Shown one piece after another: positions 34,901 through 46,200 of a stretch of DNA of 64,000 bases. The DNA lies in contig JAUCBJ010008828.1 in NCBI GenBank assembly GCA_032718475.1, positions 18,172 through 82,171 of the forward strand, written 5' to 3'. The notes beneath the pieces are model-generated. The model was given only the letters and a program-made list of their open reading frames with translations, searched no databases and had not been told where the DNA came from. The stretch comes from Nemertoderma westbladi (taxonomy: Eukaryota > Animalia > Xenacoelomorpha). Position 1 is the first letter of the stretch. Each line of letters begins with the position of its first letter. The translations under genes and the position numbers were made by a program.

Positions 34901-35331
34901 TTCTGTTCCAGTAGCCAATTTATCGACCCCAGCCTGGTGTACCACTGAGGGACGCGGTCCTTGTTGACCCGGGCGACGACCGAGCCGGTATTTCTCCTGG
35001 AGGGTTCTCATACTCATATCTTTCAGTTGCGGGAGTAAACCGCTTGTGGTCGCAACTCCTACAAGCGTCTTCGCAGTAGGCCGCCGTTGGTTGATTACCT
35101 TCCGCCGACCTTGTCAGCATGTCTAGCCGTTGGTTGATTACCTTCCGCCTATTCATGGCCTACAGCCCTGCTGCCGACTGTAGGGGTCCATTTGTTACAC
35201 CCTGAACCAAGTGTGCCTCCTGGGTTAGGTTACCTAACACTGGTAGAGGAGCATCCAGTATAGACAGGGCGGGGCTTGTATCATCTCTAATGCAGATGCG
35301 TATCAAGCCTTTGCCTTCAATTTTGCCTTTT
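31970..35331 (-). mobile_element. Full-length RTE-clade LINE with (TAG)n tail and ~11-bp TSD
   Basis: TSD tttagagtaaa at 31959-31969 and 35332-35342; the empty site is present in copy 1 near 26690. Confidence 0.93.
31976..35017 (-). CDS. RTE endonuclease-reverse transcriptase, intact 1013 aa
   Basis: IATMNARTL, CIQEHR, GDLNA, QLDYIL, GSDH; FVDFKKAFDS, GVLQGDTLAP, FADD, YLGS; C-terminal GKRSRGRP. Confidence 0.95.
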   Translation of the reverse strand: MSMRTLQEKYRLGRRPGQQGPRPSVVHQAGVDKLATGTEDREERRTNLLKCKKTLKIATMNARTLKAQSKQGDMVALAMEYNIDIICIQEHRICHEDTAMKYNDIGNGWTLVTSSAVRNSANASIGGVGILLSPFALKTLNNIESINSRVMIATFDGNPKTTVICCYSPTNASEPEQAVKFYEELTGLIKDIPKHNVKVIAGDLNAQIGPEDIKGYTYNTSSNRNGYLLLDLMEECELIPTNNTFEKSKGKLWTFQYPNGTKAQLDYILINKKWRNSMINCEAYSSFNLIGSDHRIVTAEIRLSLRASKPRTSKQINYDWEKLRTDNAVKDAYTVEVRNRFEALQSMDEDQSTDSIYQNIITAHKESAKRHIPQKPKRKQYVPWQNSEVTCKREDLKIAYKVKTEQPTTENINKVEKAKDDLKLAYNISQEKYIQDKTEAITTAHIQQQSRLTWQTVNEVSGRKSCAKGRLKADSPEERVGKWKNHFSNLLGQPPNIEVSPTRKIYDKTLPIETGDFTPAELQRSIKSMSNNKASGLDEIPAEVWKTGVLNRPLLNVCNRMLKGEKPPPIWTKGQLKPLPKKGDLGIPTNYRGICLLVVAAKIYNKMILYRIRPHIEKLLRKSQNGFRPSRSTIAQILALRRLIEGIKSKNLPAVMTFVDFKKAFDSIHRGKMLEILRAYGIPEVIVAGIGLLYCDTEAQVLSPDGETEFFSILAGVLQGDTLAPLLFVIVLDYAMRTATKGEDLGFTLQERRSSRYPATTVTDTDFADDIALLSNTLADAQLLLNKVERAAKEVGLHINATKTEFMTFNVDGNLTTIDNNQLRKVDDFQYLGSWIESSKKDIEVRKAKAWVALSKMDTIWKSDLSRHLKTKFFRATVESVFLYGGETWTLTKSLEQRIDGCYTRLLRAALNISWRQHMTNAELYGTIPPVSTTLRERRLRFSGHCWRSKDEVIPDLLLWQPTHGKRSRGRPAITYIDQLERDTELERNEIATTMENREAWKDLISTVRVRST

Positions 35332-36174
35332 TTTAGAGTAAAAGGCCATGCAATAAAGTTATTAAAGATTATTATTTATAAATATATTAAATAACAACAA
35401 AAGAAGACTATTGTTTGTTTTATTGCATGCTCAGGCAGCTAGAATTATATTTAATTTTAAATTAAATGCGGGGGGGGGGGGGGGGGGGGGGTGTACACCA
35501 TTTTTGGACAACTCTTCGATTTATCACTGCCAGCGTTTCAAATTTTTTTGGTTTTGGCTATAATTTGGAATAAAGTTACCTAAGATGCTATTCTACATGA
35601 TAGCTCAGAAAAATTTTATTTTTGGCTATTTATATTATTTAAAGCTACAATTAACAATGAAAAAACGTGGTTGCTAAGAGGAGTTTTTTTATAAATAGTA
35701 TTAAATGTTATTAACTAAAAATTTCAAAAAGTTGTCTATACTTTTATGCAGGGTTGCTATGTAGACAGACATTTGTAGAAGTAGTAGGGTTATGAAGTTG
35801 ACAATTTCCCAAAAAAATATTTGGCGATAATAGATCGTTCATTATGCATAGTAATAGTAATTTCAATAGGTCTCCCTTAATGGAGATAGCTATAACTTGA
35901 AAAAGTAAAAGAGCTATTAAATAGCCCCCCCCCCCCCGACCCCCCTTAATTAGTTATAACTGAGTATGGAATGGTGATATAGAATTACAATGAATTGCAG
36001 AAGTTACCAGAATTACAGAAGCCACCTGGACTAACAATTATATAATAACATCATTGTAAAAAATAATATTGTTTAATTTAATTCTTCAACATTTTAACTG
36101 GTAAATTTGTATCAAATAATGAACTACTAACATCGATTTAATCCACTTCCATGGATAATGAGTGATTCATTAAA

Positions 36175-36881
36175 ATGATAATCATTATTGTTCTGCTTGT
36201 TACATTCCACACGGTAGCCACTCAGCTGAGTAACAACACAACCTCGCAGAAGACCACCACTGGTACACAACTCAGAATACCGGTCACACATGCCCCGAAG
36301 GTAGAAATTGGACACTGTCCTCAAAAAACATCGAGTTGCAAGAGATTTATGAAGCCAGGCTGCATAAGTTTATGAAAGCCAACGATTTAATTAAACCGGT
36401 TATCGACTGGTATGGCTGCCACACTTGTTCACTCATATCTGTGGTATTCAGTGCGTGGTCCGCTGAATACAAGGCTGATATTACATTCGAAGTAGAAGAT
36501 TCATGGTGCTACTATGAAGAATATAAAGGCAACTGTCTACCTATGCCTGAAACAGGTTGTCTCTATTTTGCGAACGTGGTACTTCCAGAACATAAACCTG
36601 ACCCAGACGACCCAAATGCTGTGAATCTCTTTGGGTTGATATCATATTACAACTACCTCCAGCTGGCACTCACTGTAACACACGAGACTTGCCAGTCTCA
36701 GTGCTGCAACGATGCGGCTTGCCCAGCTCCCGTATGGACTCACGAGAAAACCTCTACATCAGAAACCACAACCGAATACGTGCCGTTCACCTGGGGAAAC
36801 GGATCGGCTAATGTCAACCAAATGGTGACGTCTCACCTGGCTTGGGTCATCATTGTTGCCATAGTTCTCAGAGCGTTCTAG
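36175..36881 (+). CDS. Ly6/three-finger-like GPI protein, copy 2 (same split frames)
   Basis: Translations are identical to 27586-28292. Confidence 0.6.
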
Positions 36882-39137
36882 AATATAGGCCTACCTGAAG
36901 CTAAAACTTCAATAAATAAACAATCCATTTGGATCCTACATATTCTAGGAACAAAAACCGTCTAGAAATCACTTCTAGAAATATTTATCGGAAATTCTTT
37001 ATGGTGATTGATTCCAATTTCAAAGGTTGTGGGTTCGATTTATTATCCGGCAAAATATGTTTATTATATATCTTCAATAATTATTTCAGGGGTGGGGGGG
37101 GGGGGGGGGGGGGGTAGCACCCCCAAACAGAACCTCACATTTTGTTGTCTCTGAACCCTAAAATTGGATGAAAATTATTTTTTGTGATACTAAACATCGT
37201 CTGGGGTGAAGTTTATGAATAGCCAAAGGAAATATTTTTAATCTGGCCTCAAAATGGCACTGCAATTGTGCCAAAAGTGCCTTTTGCGCCAAACACAATT
37301 TCAGAATATAAGTTCAGAAGAATCCTGCAACCAATTCTTATATTTTTGGCCCTTTGATCTAAAGAGGCTCCGGAGCGTTTGAGGCAAAATTTGTTCAGAA
37401 TTTATTGTCAAAGGTATTTTGAATAAGTGTACCAAATTTCAACTCATTTATAGTTTTAGGAACAATTTTCACATTTTTCTTTAGTCAACAATAACGAAAT
37501 TTTTCATCATTGCTAAAAATATATCTAATAAAACAACTTTGTAGTATTTTTAGTCATATACAGTATGTACCGTGAGAGCCTTTTTGATGAAAAGGACCTT
37601 ATTCAATTGTAATAACTATTTACATCATTGTGTGTAAAGTAGCACTTTGCAGCGTTATGACCCGAGTTTATTTATGTACCGAGCGAGCGCAGCGAGGGAG
37701 GTTTACATAAATAACCAAGGGTCTTTAACGCTGAAAAGTGAGATTTGCAAGCAATTATGTATGTAATTTTGTTACATTACTGTATGTCAACTTATCAGCG
37801 TTGGGTATTTTGAAGAAAAGATTTTAAGGATACTCATTTATACATTTTAATCATGTACTATATCGAATATAAGTGAAATTTATTAACAGGTACACGGTAT
37901 TAATTATACATTTAAATCGAATTAAAGTTTATTGGAAGTTATCTCCTGCATAGTTGTGATAAATCATTAATCCATCTTGACTATAGTCGACTGTAGCATA
38001 CTTAGTCACTGTCTTGTGTCCGTTCAGTTTTACTGAACACTGTCTTCACTTTCTTTCCTATTTTAGTGTCTTCTATTGGACGTTTCGCCATAATGGAATA
38101 CAATACACGTTAAACAATTATTATTTACATTCAGTAGCTAGTCCTGTAGTCCCTTCACTGCAAACTGGATAATAAAGCAGCACTCATTAATATAAATGGA
38201 AATAAAAAATTCTGGAATACGGTAATTTAAGTTGTTTCCATGTCATTGATTACTTTGCAGCGTTCCGTCCTATAGGCCGCAACGAGAAACTCACCAGAAC
38301 GCTGTTAAGTTGACATATATGTAACAAAATATCGTGCTGCTAGAAGGCTTGTCAAAAATCAGACCAGCTCTTACGTTTTGGGTAATAACTTGAGTTTGAG
38401 AAACGATGAGAAAACTGCTACCATGACCTACTACACCAACTGTATTATCACAATTCTGTTGGGCACAGCTTTGCATTGGAAGTCTGACGAACTGGTGACC
38501 TTAGAGTTGGAAGTCTGACGCTCTAGTCTCTTTCCAACGACATGTTATAGTAGGTCATCGTGCTACCTCCCCTCCCTCTCTTAAGTATTTAGCATAAACT
38601 CTCTAACTCAAATTTTCCGAAGCACACCCATTACGGTTCGCTGTTAACTCAGTACACATCCTTTATACTTTCCAATAAGGTTTCTCTCATTATTCAATCA
38701 ATTTTGTTGATATTAAACATTCTCATTTGGCGATATTCTATATTACTTTTCATTATGTTATGTTAATATCCTATTATTTACTTAAGGTGACGGGATCCTG
38801 GTTGGCCTGGGATGTCCCCCCCCCCCTTTTTTTTTTTTTTTTTTACTTAGTGGTGCCTTTCCTACTTGCTGCCGCTGTAGAAGACTGACTGGCCGTAGGC
38901 CTGATAAAACTAGAGTTATGAGATTGCCGATATTATTATAATAGTCTCAATAGTGTAGTTTACCGGTACAATATACTGTAGCACAAAGTCAGTAGTGTGG
39001 TATACGGCATGCAGTGAAAACGGTTCCCCTTCTTTACAGAGTCAATTGCCAACTGGTTACATAATGCACGTGATCGTTAATATAGGGAAAAATATATTGC
39101 CTATCTATCATATCTATACATAGTCCCATTGGCCTGT

Positions 39138-39696
39138 CGTGGTTGACATGTACCGAACAACAAGAGTCCCACAAGAAATGAAAACAAATAAGTTGGTGCC
39201 AGTTCCCAAGCAGGGCAACCTAACACTCTATGGTTCTTTTCGGGGAATCTCATTGATCTCGATTGCTGCAAAGCTACACAATAGGATTCTAATAAATGGG
39301 GATCCCATTGAGAGACTGCTCCGTGGAAATCAGAATGGGTTCCGTAAAGGTCGTGGGACCATGGAGCCCATTTTGGCACTTAGAAGGATAATTGAAGAGT
39401 TATCAAAAAAGAAAGACAGCAAGGCCTTTGATTCAGTCTCTCGCTCACGTATGTTCAGCATACTTTCATTATATGGGATTCCTGATGAATTATTGCAGCA
39501 ATAAGATCAGTATACGATGGTTCGACAACATTTGTGTCTACTGTTGACGGTGACACAGAACCATTTGAAGTGTTATGGGGCGTCCTCCAAGGAGACACAC
39601 TTGCACCATTCTTGTTCATTATTGTGGTTGACTACGTTCTACGCATGTCCTTAGATTATTATAATGATGATGGGGTGATGATAACTCCACCTACTG
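39138..39696 (+). pseudogene. 5'-truncated RTE LINE (second family), left part, interrupted by element B
   Basis: VPVPKQG, RGISL, QNGFRKGR, KAFDSVSR, GVLQGDTLAPFLF. Confidence 0.8.
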
Positions 39697-40920
39697 TGTA
39701 AAAGCTTTTGCGTAATTAGCCGGTTATTATCCCCGTAAAGTACTCTGTGGTTGGTTTACCAGGCATAAAAAGGCCGTGTCCTTGCTGTACTGGTGTTTTG
39801 GAGGACATAAAAGCCATTTCTTCTGTATTTGTACTTTAGAGGACATAATCTGCAATTTCGTGACGTAAAAGCTCGATACTCTTGAAAACAGTGTCGCTAC
39901 CATGACGACGGCTAACGGCTGATATTGCCACGTTGCCCCATAGCCCTGCCTTCTGTATCTGCCAATAGGATTTGAGTTGGTTTTGATTTTGACCTATCAC
40001 AGATCTACTGAACTGAATTTCCTATCTGTATGCTCATTCTCTGTGGTGGGTGAGATCTTTGTAGAATAAGGGTAGCTGGTATTCTTATAGTTATTCTTAT
40101 CAGTTTTTAGTGTTGTTGGTGATTCTAAGCCAGGAAGAACGGCTTTAGCCCTACACTAGTAGGCTTAATTATAAGGACATATATCCGTTATCTGCATTTA
40201 TCACAACATAACATACCATACCTAATCAAACAACCTGTGCATACTTTATATTGTTATACTGCTATTTACTGTCAGTTCTTCATAATATGGTTGATGAATT
40301 ATTATATTTGGAATAACGATAAATAACCCCGAAACCCAATATTCTTGATATACCGAAGGTAGGAGAGAAGGGTTACATATAACAATTGTGACTTATGTTA
40401 AAGTGGTTTGAAGTGAATCTAATGTTATTTGATAGACCCTACATGATTCGGTCCGTGTTCCTTTTATATGTGACTAAAATCAGTGAAGATCGGCAGATTA
40501 GTGTGCAGTATTGTGCAGCATTGTGTATGAGTGAGACTGATAACGAAGCATTTCCTAAAGAATGCGCCATATATGTGAATTGTAACTAAGCCATATCGTT
40601 GTGAGTAGTTTAAGTCATAACTCTGTTTATATAGATAGAGCGCCACGTCCTAAAGGAACTGTTAATATTCCCCGAAGGTGAATAATATTGTCAGAGATTA
40701 TATAATACTGTCAGTCGAATAATACATTAGGCTTACATAGCAATACGATTAAGCTGTCGAAATCAATCTCCCGGGTATATCCAACGGGTGAATGATCGCG
40801 CACAGATTGGTTTCAACTAGTGTAGTGAATCAAATACTTGTTAGAGGCTAAAGCGATTTATTATCTAGAAGACATCCTAATTTGGCGGGTTAAACTGCCA
40901 AAGGTCTGAAAGCGCGAACA
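39697..40920 (+). repeat. 5' LTR of element B
   Basis: Direct repeat of 50786-52009; only 2 differences noticed. Confidence 0.95.
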
Positions 40921-40931
40921 ATAACGGATAT
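40921..40931 (+). promoter_or_regulatory. Non-tRNA primer-binding site candidate ATAACGGATAT (complementary to LTR 40181-40191)
   Basis: Abuts the 5' LTR, lacks TGG, and is an 11-nt perfect inverted repeat of atatccgttat. Confidence 0.72.
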
Positions 40932-41049
40932 TTAGTCTGTATTGCAGTGTAGGCATTAAATACAGTTTAATATTGTTCTGGTAAGAACAATAACGGATAT
41001 AGCTTCTTTATTGCAGTAAGCAATAAAGTTGAAAGTACCGGTTGACCGG

Positions 41050-41190
41050 TAAACCTGAACCGGTACTTCTGTAGGTCAGTAGGCCCAACTGCCAGAACCG
41101 GTACTGCTGTAGATCCGTAGGTCCAACTGTCAGAACCGGTACTTCTGTAGGTCCGTAGGCCCAACTGTCCTAACCGGTACTTCCAGTATA
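41050..41190 (+). repeat. ~36-bp tandem repeat in the element B leader
   Basis: aaccggtacttctgtaggtc(c/a)gtaggcccaactg.cag about 4 times. Confidence 0.8.
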
Positions 41191-41409
41191 AGTACAATAG
41201 TATTATTCGATTGTGATATATTGTATATTGTAGGCTGCTAAGGGATTAGGGATTGATCAACCCTTATTCCTTTGTATGGTTTACTTATTTCTGTCAGTTT
41301 TATTTGTTTGTAGGCCAATATTGAGCAGAAGGCGTGTAAGCCTGATCAGATTGTACAGACAATTTGTAGGCTGAGCTGTTGTCTGATTGCTGTTAAGTCC
41401 GAACGGATT

Positions 41410-41925
41410 GCAGTGTGTGTAGATCACCTGTCCGATAAAGAACGGTTAGGAAGTAGGGGCAGCCAATACTGTAAGGTAAACCCCCAACTAAAGAATAAGT
41501 CGTACTACTGGGTTAGAACGCATACTACCTAATCATTTCGGAGTCTGCATGTCCTGTAGTTTATTTGGGCTTGAGAGTAGTCTGCCATCGTTTAGTCTGT
41601 ACTTTGTTTGTGTAGTCGGTACAGGTAGCGTATAATATTTTATTTAGATAATTTGTAGGCTGGATAGTTGTCTGGCTGATTGTTGGGTTTGAGGAAATTT
41701 CGGTGTGTGTAAAGCATCTGTCCGATAAAGAACGGTTAGGAAGTAGGGGCAGCAAAAGCTGTAAGGTAAACCCCCATCTAAAGAATAAGTCGTACTACTG
41801 GGTTAGAACGCATACTACTTAACCATTTCGGAGTCTACATATACCGTAGTTTGTTTAAGCTTGATAGTAGTCTGTCAGTATTTGGTCTGCATTTTGTTTG
41901 AATGGTCTGTACGCGTAGCGTAATA
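41410..41925 (+). repeat. Two direct repeats at 300-bp spacing in the element B leader
   Basis: ctgtccgataaagaacggttaggaagtaggggcagc...gggttagaacgcatactac at ~41428 and ~41718. Confidence 0.8.
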
Positions 41926-43254
41926 TTTATTATTCAGAGTTTATGCGATTATTCGCAACATTCATATCCCCAAGATTATTCCTACAGTAATTGTGTTTGT
42001 TATACATACCGTTATAGTTAAACTAACCCCGGTACTATACGGGCTGCTCGGCGTAGGTAAAGACTGGTGATTTTGTGCACCGGTCACTCCAGCAGATACC
42101 GTGGTTCTTTTAGCTGTTCAAGTATTTTTAACTACTGATTATTTGTTATACAAGTACTTGTACCTAATTTAGGGTTTAGTGTACAGTACTTTCCGAAAGT
42201 AATTATTGTAGGCATTATATTTGTGTTGTAAAGTGGTTGATAGGCACATACGTTAGCTCTATTAACTTCTAGGTAGGAACACTCCGTGATACATAACGTA
42301 GTACCTATAGCGATACGGCTATAGGTCGTCAGGCGGTGGTATTTTCCTATCTGGACAGCGCAGTGTATTTACTACTACTTATTATTTTCAAATACCGTAG
42401 TAACCTGTCCGTTGTAATAACCAGATTTCTAACCCTTTGTTAGGCTGGTTTGTAGACTTCTTGTAAAATTACCCTGGAAATTCGTATTTTGTGTTTTTGT
42501 AAATTTTTGTGTTTATTTAGAGATTGTAATCTCACCCGAATTGTACGTAATTAGTAGTATTAAGTAACTTAGGTAAATTAGCATTATTTGTTTTAGTGTC
42601 CTATAAGTAACACTTCACTGAAAGCGCACCGCTTTGTGTAGTGATTACTCCCCAGAAATAATAACATTTATTTCAAACATTGACAAAAACCCATTTCAAC
42701 GGGTATATATATATTATAAATCAACTCAAACGATTTATAAATAGTAGGCCTGCCATACACCCATTAGGTCTCAATATCAGTTGGACTACTGCTCAAATAA
42801 CGGTAATAAAGTAAGTAAAGTAACCAAGTAACCCTAAAATTCAGAAATTCAATTATTTAAAATAATTGGTATACCGGTATTTACGATAGGCCTATTATCT
42901 TTATTTCTATAAATTTTAGGTTGAAATCATACCGGTACTCTGTAATTAATTCTAGTCTGTAATTATACTTATATATATACACTATAAGTGTAAACTGCAT
43001 ACCGGTATTCATGATAGGCCTATTATATATTTATATATATTTGTGCTAAAATTACCTACCGGTATTCTGTGATAAACTAGTCTGTAATAATACTTATATA
43101 TACTATAAGCATACCGGTATTCTAATATATTATATATATCACGCTACATTGAGTAGCAGTATCGGTAATTAATTACTAGGCTAACAGTGATACTGAATTA
43201 CTAGACTTGCTTTAACTGTAATATAGCAGTAGGCATTCAACTGTACCATCAAAC

Positions 43255-46200
43255 ATGTCTGACACAACCCAATCACTGTCGGATAGTCTCCTAGATAGTG
43301 TTAGAATGACTGTTAGACAGTGTCTTAAAAAGATCAGTGACCCAGATCCAAGTATAGAACATCCTAGATCCAAGTCGAAGTCACCTCCTGCTGTAAGAAA
43401 GGCCATCCCTACTGTAGTAATCTCAGACCCTAGGCTAGTCCAACATCGTAGGTCTATCATTGGCACTCGGGCCCAAGTCAAGCGGGATCAAGAAGCAGCG
43501 GAACCTCAACAACCCGCGAGCCAAGAACTTACTTCTCAACGGCCCGATAGCTCCAGTAGTTCGGATACTGTTGAGCGGACGCCCGAACGCGGAGCGAAGA
43601 TGGCGGATAAGGTTTATGATGAGCGGCCAACCTATGAAGAATCAACCGACGCCACTTCTTCTCAAGAAGAAAGCGAAGTGACAGCAGAGAAACCGCATAA
43701 GAGGGATGCCATTGACATTTATCTGTCAGACTATCAACGTTTTTTAGGTGATGACGAGTTGAGGAGAAGGTTAGAGGGACTTAGCCCTAATAGTGAAGGA
43801 ACCAAGCTTGTGTTGGATGCCATCGATGTGGAAATGAGGGCTGCGAATCAGGCTAAATTTGATGAACAACTCCGCATCACACGAGTCCAGGAAGAACAAG
43901 TAAAGAAAAAACGTATAGAAGACAGAAAGGCAGCGGCGGTAGCAGCAGCAGTGGCAGCTGCAGAAGCAGAAACAAAAGCGGCAGTAGCAGCAGCAAAAGC
44001 AGCGGCCGAAGCAGAAACAAAAGCGGCAGCGGCAGTGGCAGCGGCAGAGACAAAAGCGGCAGTAGCGGCAGCGGAGGCGGTGGCCGAAGCGGAAAGAAAA
44101 GCGGCGGAGGCAGTGGCAGAAGCCGAACGGAGAGCGACTGAAGAAACCACCCAATTAGAATTGGAAAACATTCAGGAGAATCAAGACTGCATAAATAAAC
44201 AGTTAACAGCTAGTAATATGCAGATGATGAATCGATCTACTCCCAAAAGACAGGGATATACATCATCTGAGGAAGGCGATACCACCGATACTGAAGGCAA
44301 GGGAAATAGATCTCGTCTAAGTAGACGTAAAAGAACATTCCACCGTCAGAAATTGCCTGATTTGCCTCCAGCTGTTAGAAGGCAACTAAATAATACCAAC
44401 TTAGGTAGTGCAGAGCCCACAGACCAAATAATTAAAATAGAAAGACTCCCTACTATAGTAGATGAGCCTGAAATAATTAGGCCTGTTCTTGAAATCACCC
44501 CTTCGGTGATAGACACACCTGTGCTCCCTGAAACTACCTCTAAATTCCCTCTGCATAGCACTAAGCTACCTGTGCCCCGTAGAACTGCCCAGGAGACAGT
44601 TCAGGTTCTGGACCCCGAGCGAAATACTCCTGATTTGTCGCCCGTTGTCCCTCGTCCGCCCGCTACAACGTTGGCGACTCCCGCTTCGGCGGTCGAATGG
44701 GTGGACGAGAGAAGGCGGGGGATGGATCTCCTGCTCGGGCAGATGCAGGAGACTGTTCAGCAATTTAAGGGCACAGTAAGGGAAAGTAGGCTAGAGTTGC
44801 AAGAAGTGCAGCAAAGTATCGCGCTAGAACGCGATAAATTAGTAAATACCCAAAAGGGTATACCACCACCCTCTGTAACAATGTGTCAACCTGTTAGGTC
44901 TGAAGTATCGCATGCGCAAGGTGTGGAGCCTACACGCATCTATACTGCTAGCGAAGTAGAAACTCCTATAGTGAACCCTATTAAGGGTAATTATAGACCT
45001 GTTGATAATGACATTCCCTATAGAACTGATCATAATCCGAGAAATTTATATACCGATAACTCGATATTAAATAACACGATGGCCCAAGAAAGTTTTACGC
45101 GTCAAATGGCTAGAACCGAAGCCCGGCAAGCGGTAAAGGTGGGAGAGATCGTCAAGTTCAATGGAGATGAGATGAAATGGTTACCTTTTAATGAATATTA
45201 CAAAGATAACATACAGAACTCTGTACTATCTAATGGAGAAAAACTTAGATACCTCATCGAGTGCTTGGAAGGATCTCCCAAGTCAATGGCGTTAAAATTT
45301 ATTGGACATCCAGATGGATTAAGACAAGTTTGGGATACACTAAACATCAGGTATGGTAATAGGACTAACATAGCTAGGTATTTATATGCGAAATTAATGG
45401 CGCCCCGAAAGTTTCTTAGCAGCGGGATTATAGAGTTTTCCGATGAGATTCAGGAGATCTGTAGACAACTAGATTGGTTAGGTAAGTCTCATGAATACCA
45501 GAATTCTATGGTTGTAGGAGCCTTAGCATCTACTTTGCCCAAGGGTGGAGTAGGTACACGCTGGGACAAGAAGGTGTTATATATGATGGAACAACAACAA
45601 CGAGACCCTACCATGGCTGATCTCATGTCATTCTTGGATAGCGAGGTGAAATTACAGCTCATAAAGCAGTCCAGAGAGAAGACAGCGGAAAGTAAGGTAA
45701 GTGAGAAACCCGTTTCTAGGAGAAGGGTAACACCAGTATGTTATACCGACGACGGTGAAAGCCAAACTTCTCAAGGAGAGGACAGCGGGAAAGACACTGA
45801 CAGATCTTATTATGTCAATAAAATGCCTAAAGGTCAGGTAAGTAAATCCGAGTCTCGACCCAATGACAGAAGGGAACCGGTACAAAAAACCCTTCCTACG
45901 TCTCCTAAAAGAATTCAGGTGAGAAAGCCCGAGGAAAGAACAAGTGTGCACCACATAGCACAGGTTAAAGTAAGTAACATCAAGCCGAAATGTGTGCTGT
46001 GCGACGGGCCCCACCGTTTAAATGCGTGTGATAAATTCTTGAGGAAATCACTAAAGGATAGACGTGAAGTCATGTGGGATAAGCGGTTGTGTTATAATTG
46101 CCTCAGACGAGGACACCAACGGCGAACCTGTTACTCCGACGCAAGGTGTGCAAAGTGCGGCGCAAAACATCATATCTTGTTGCACACGGAATTCGAACGA

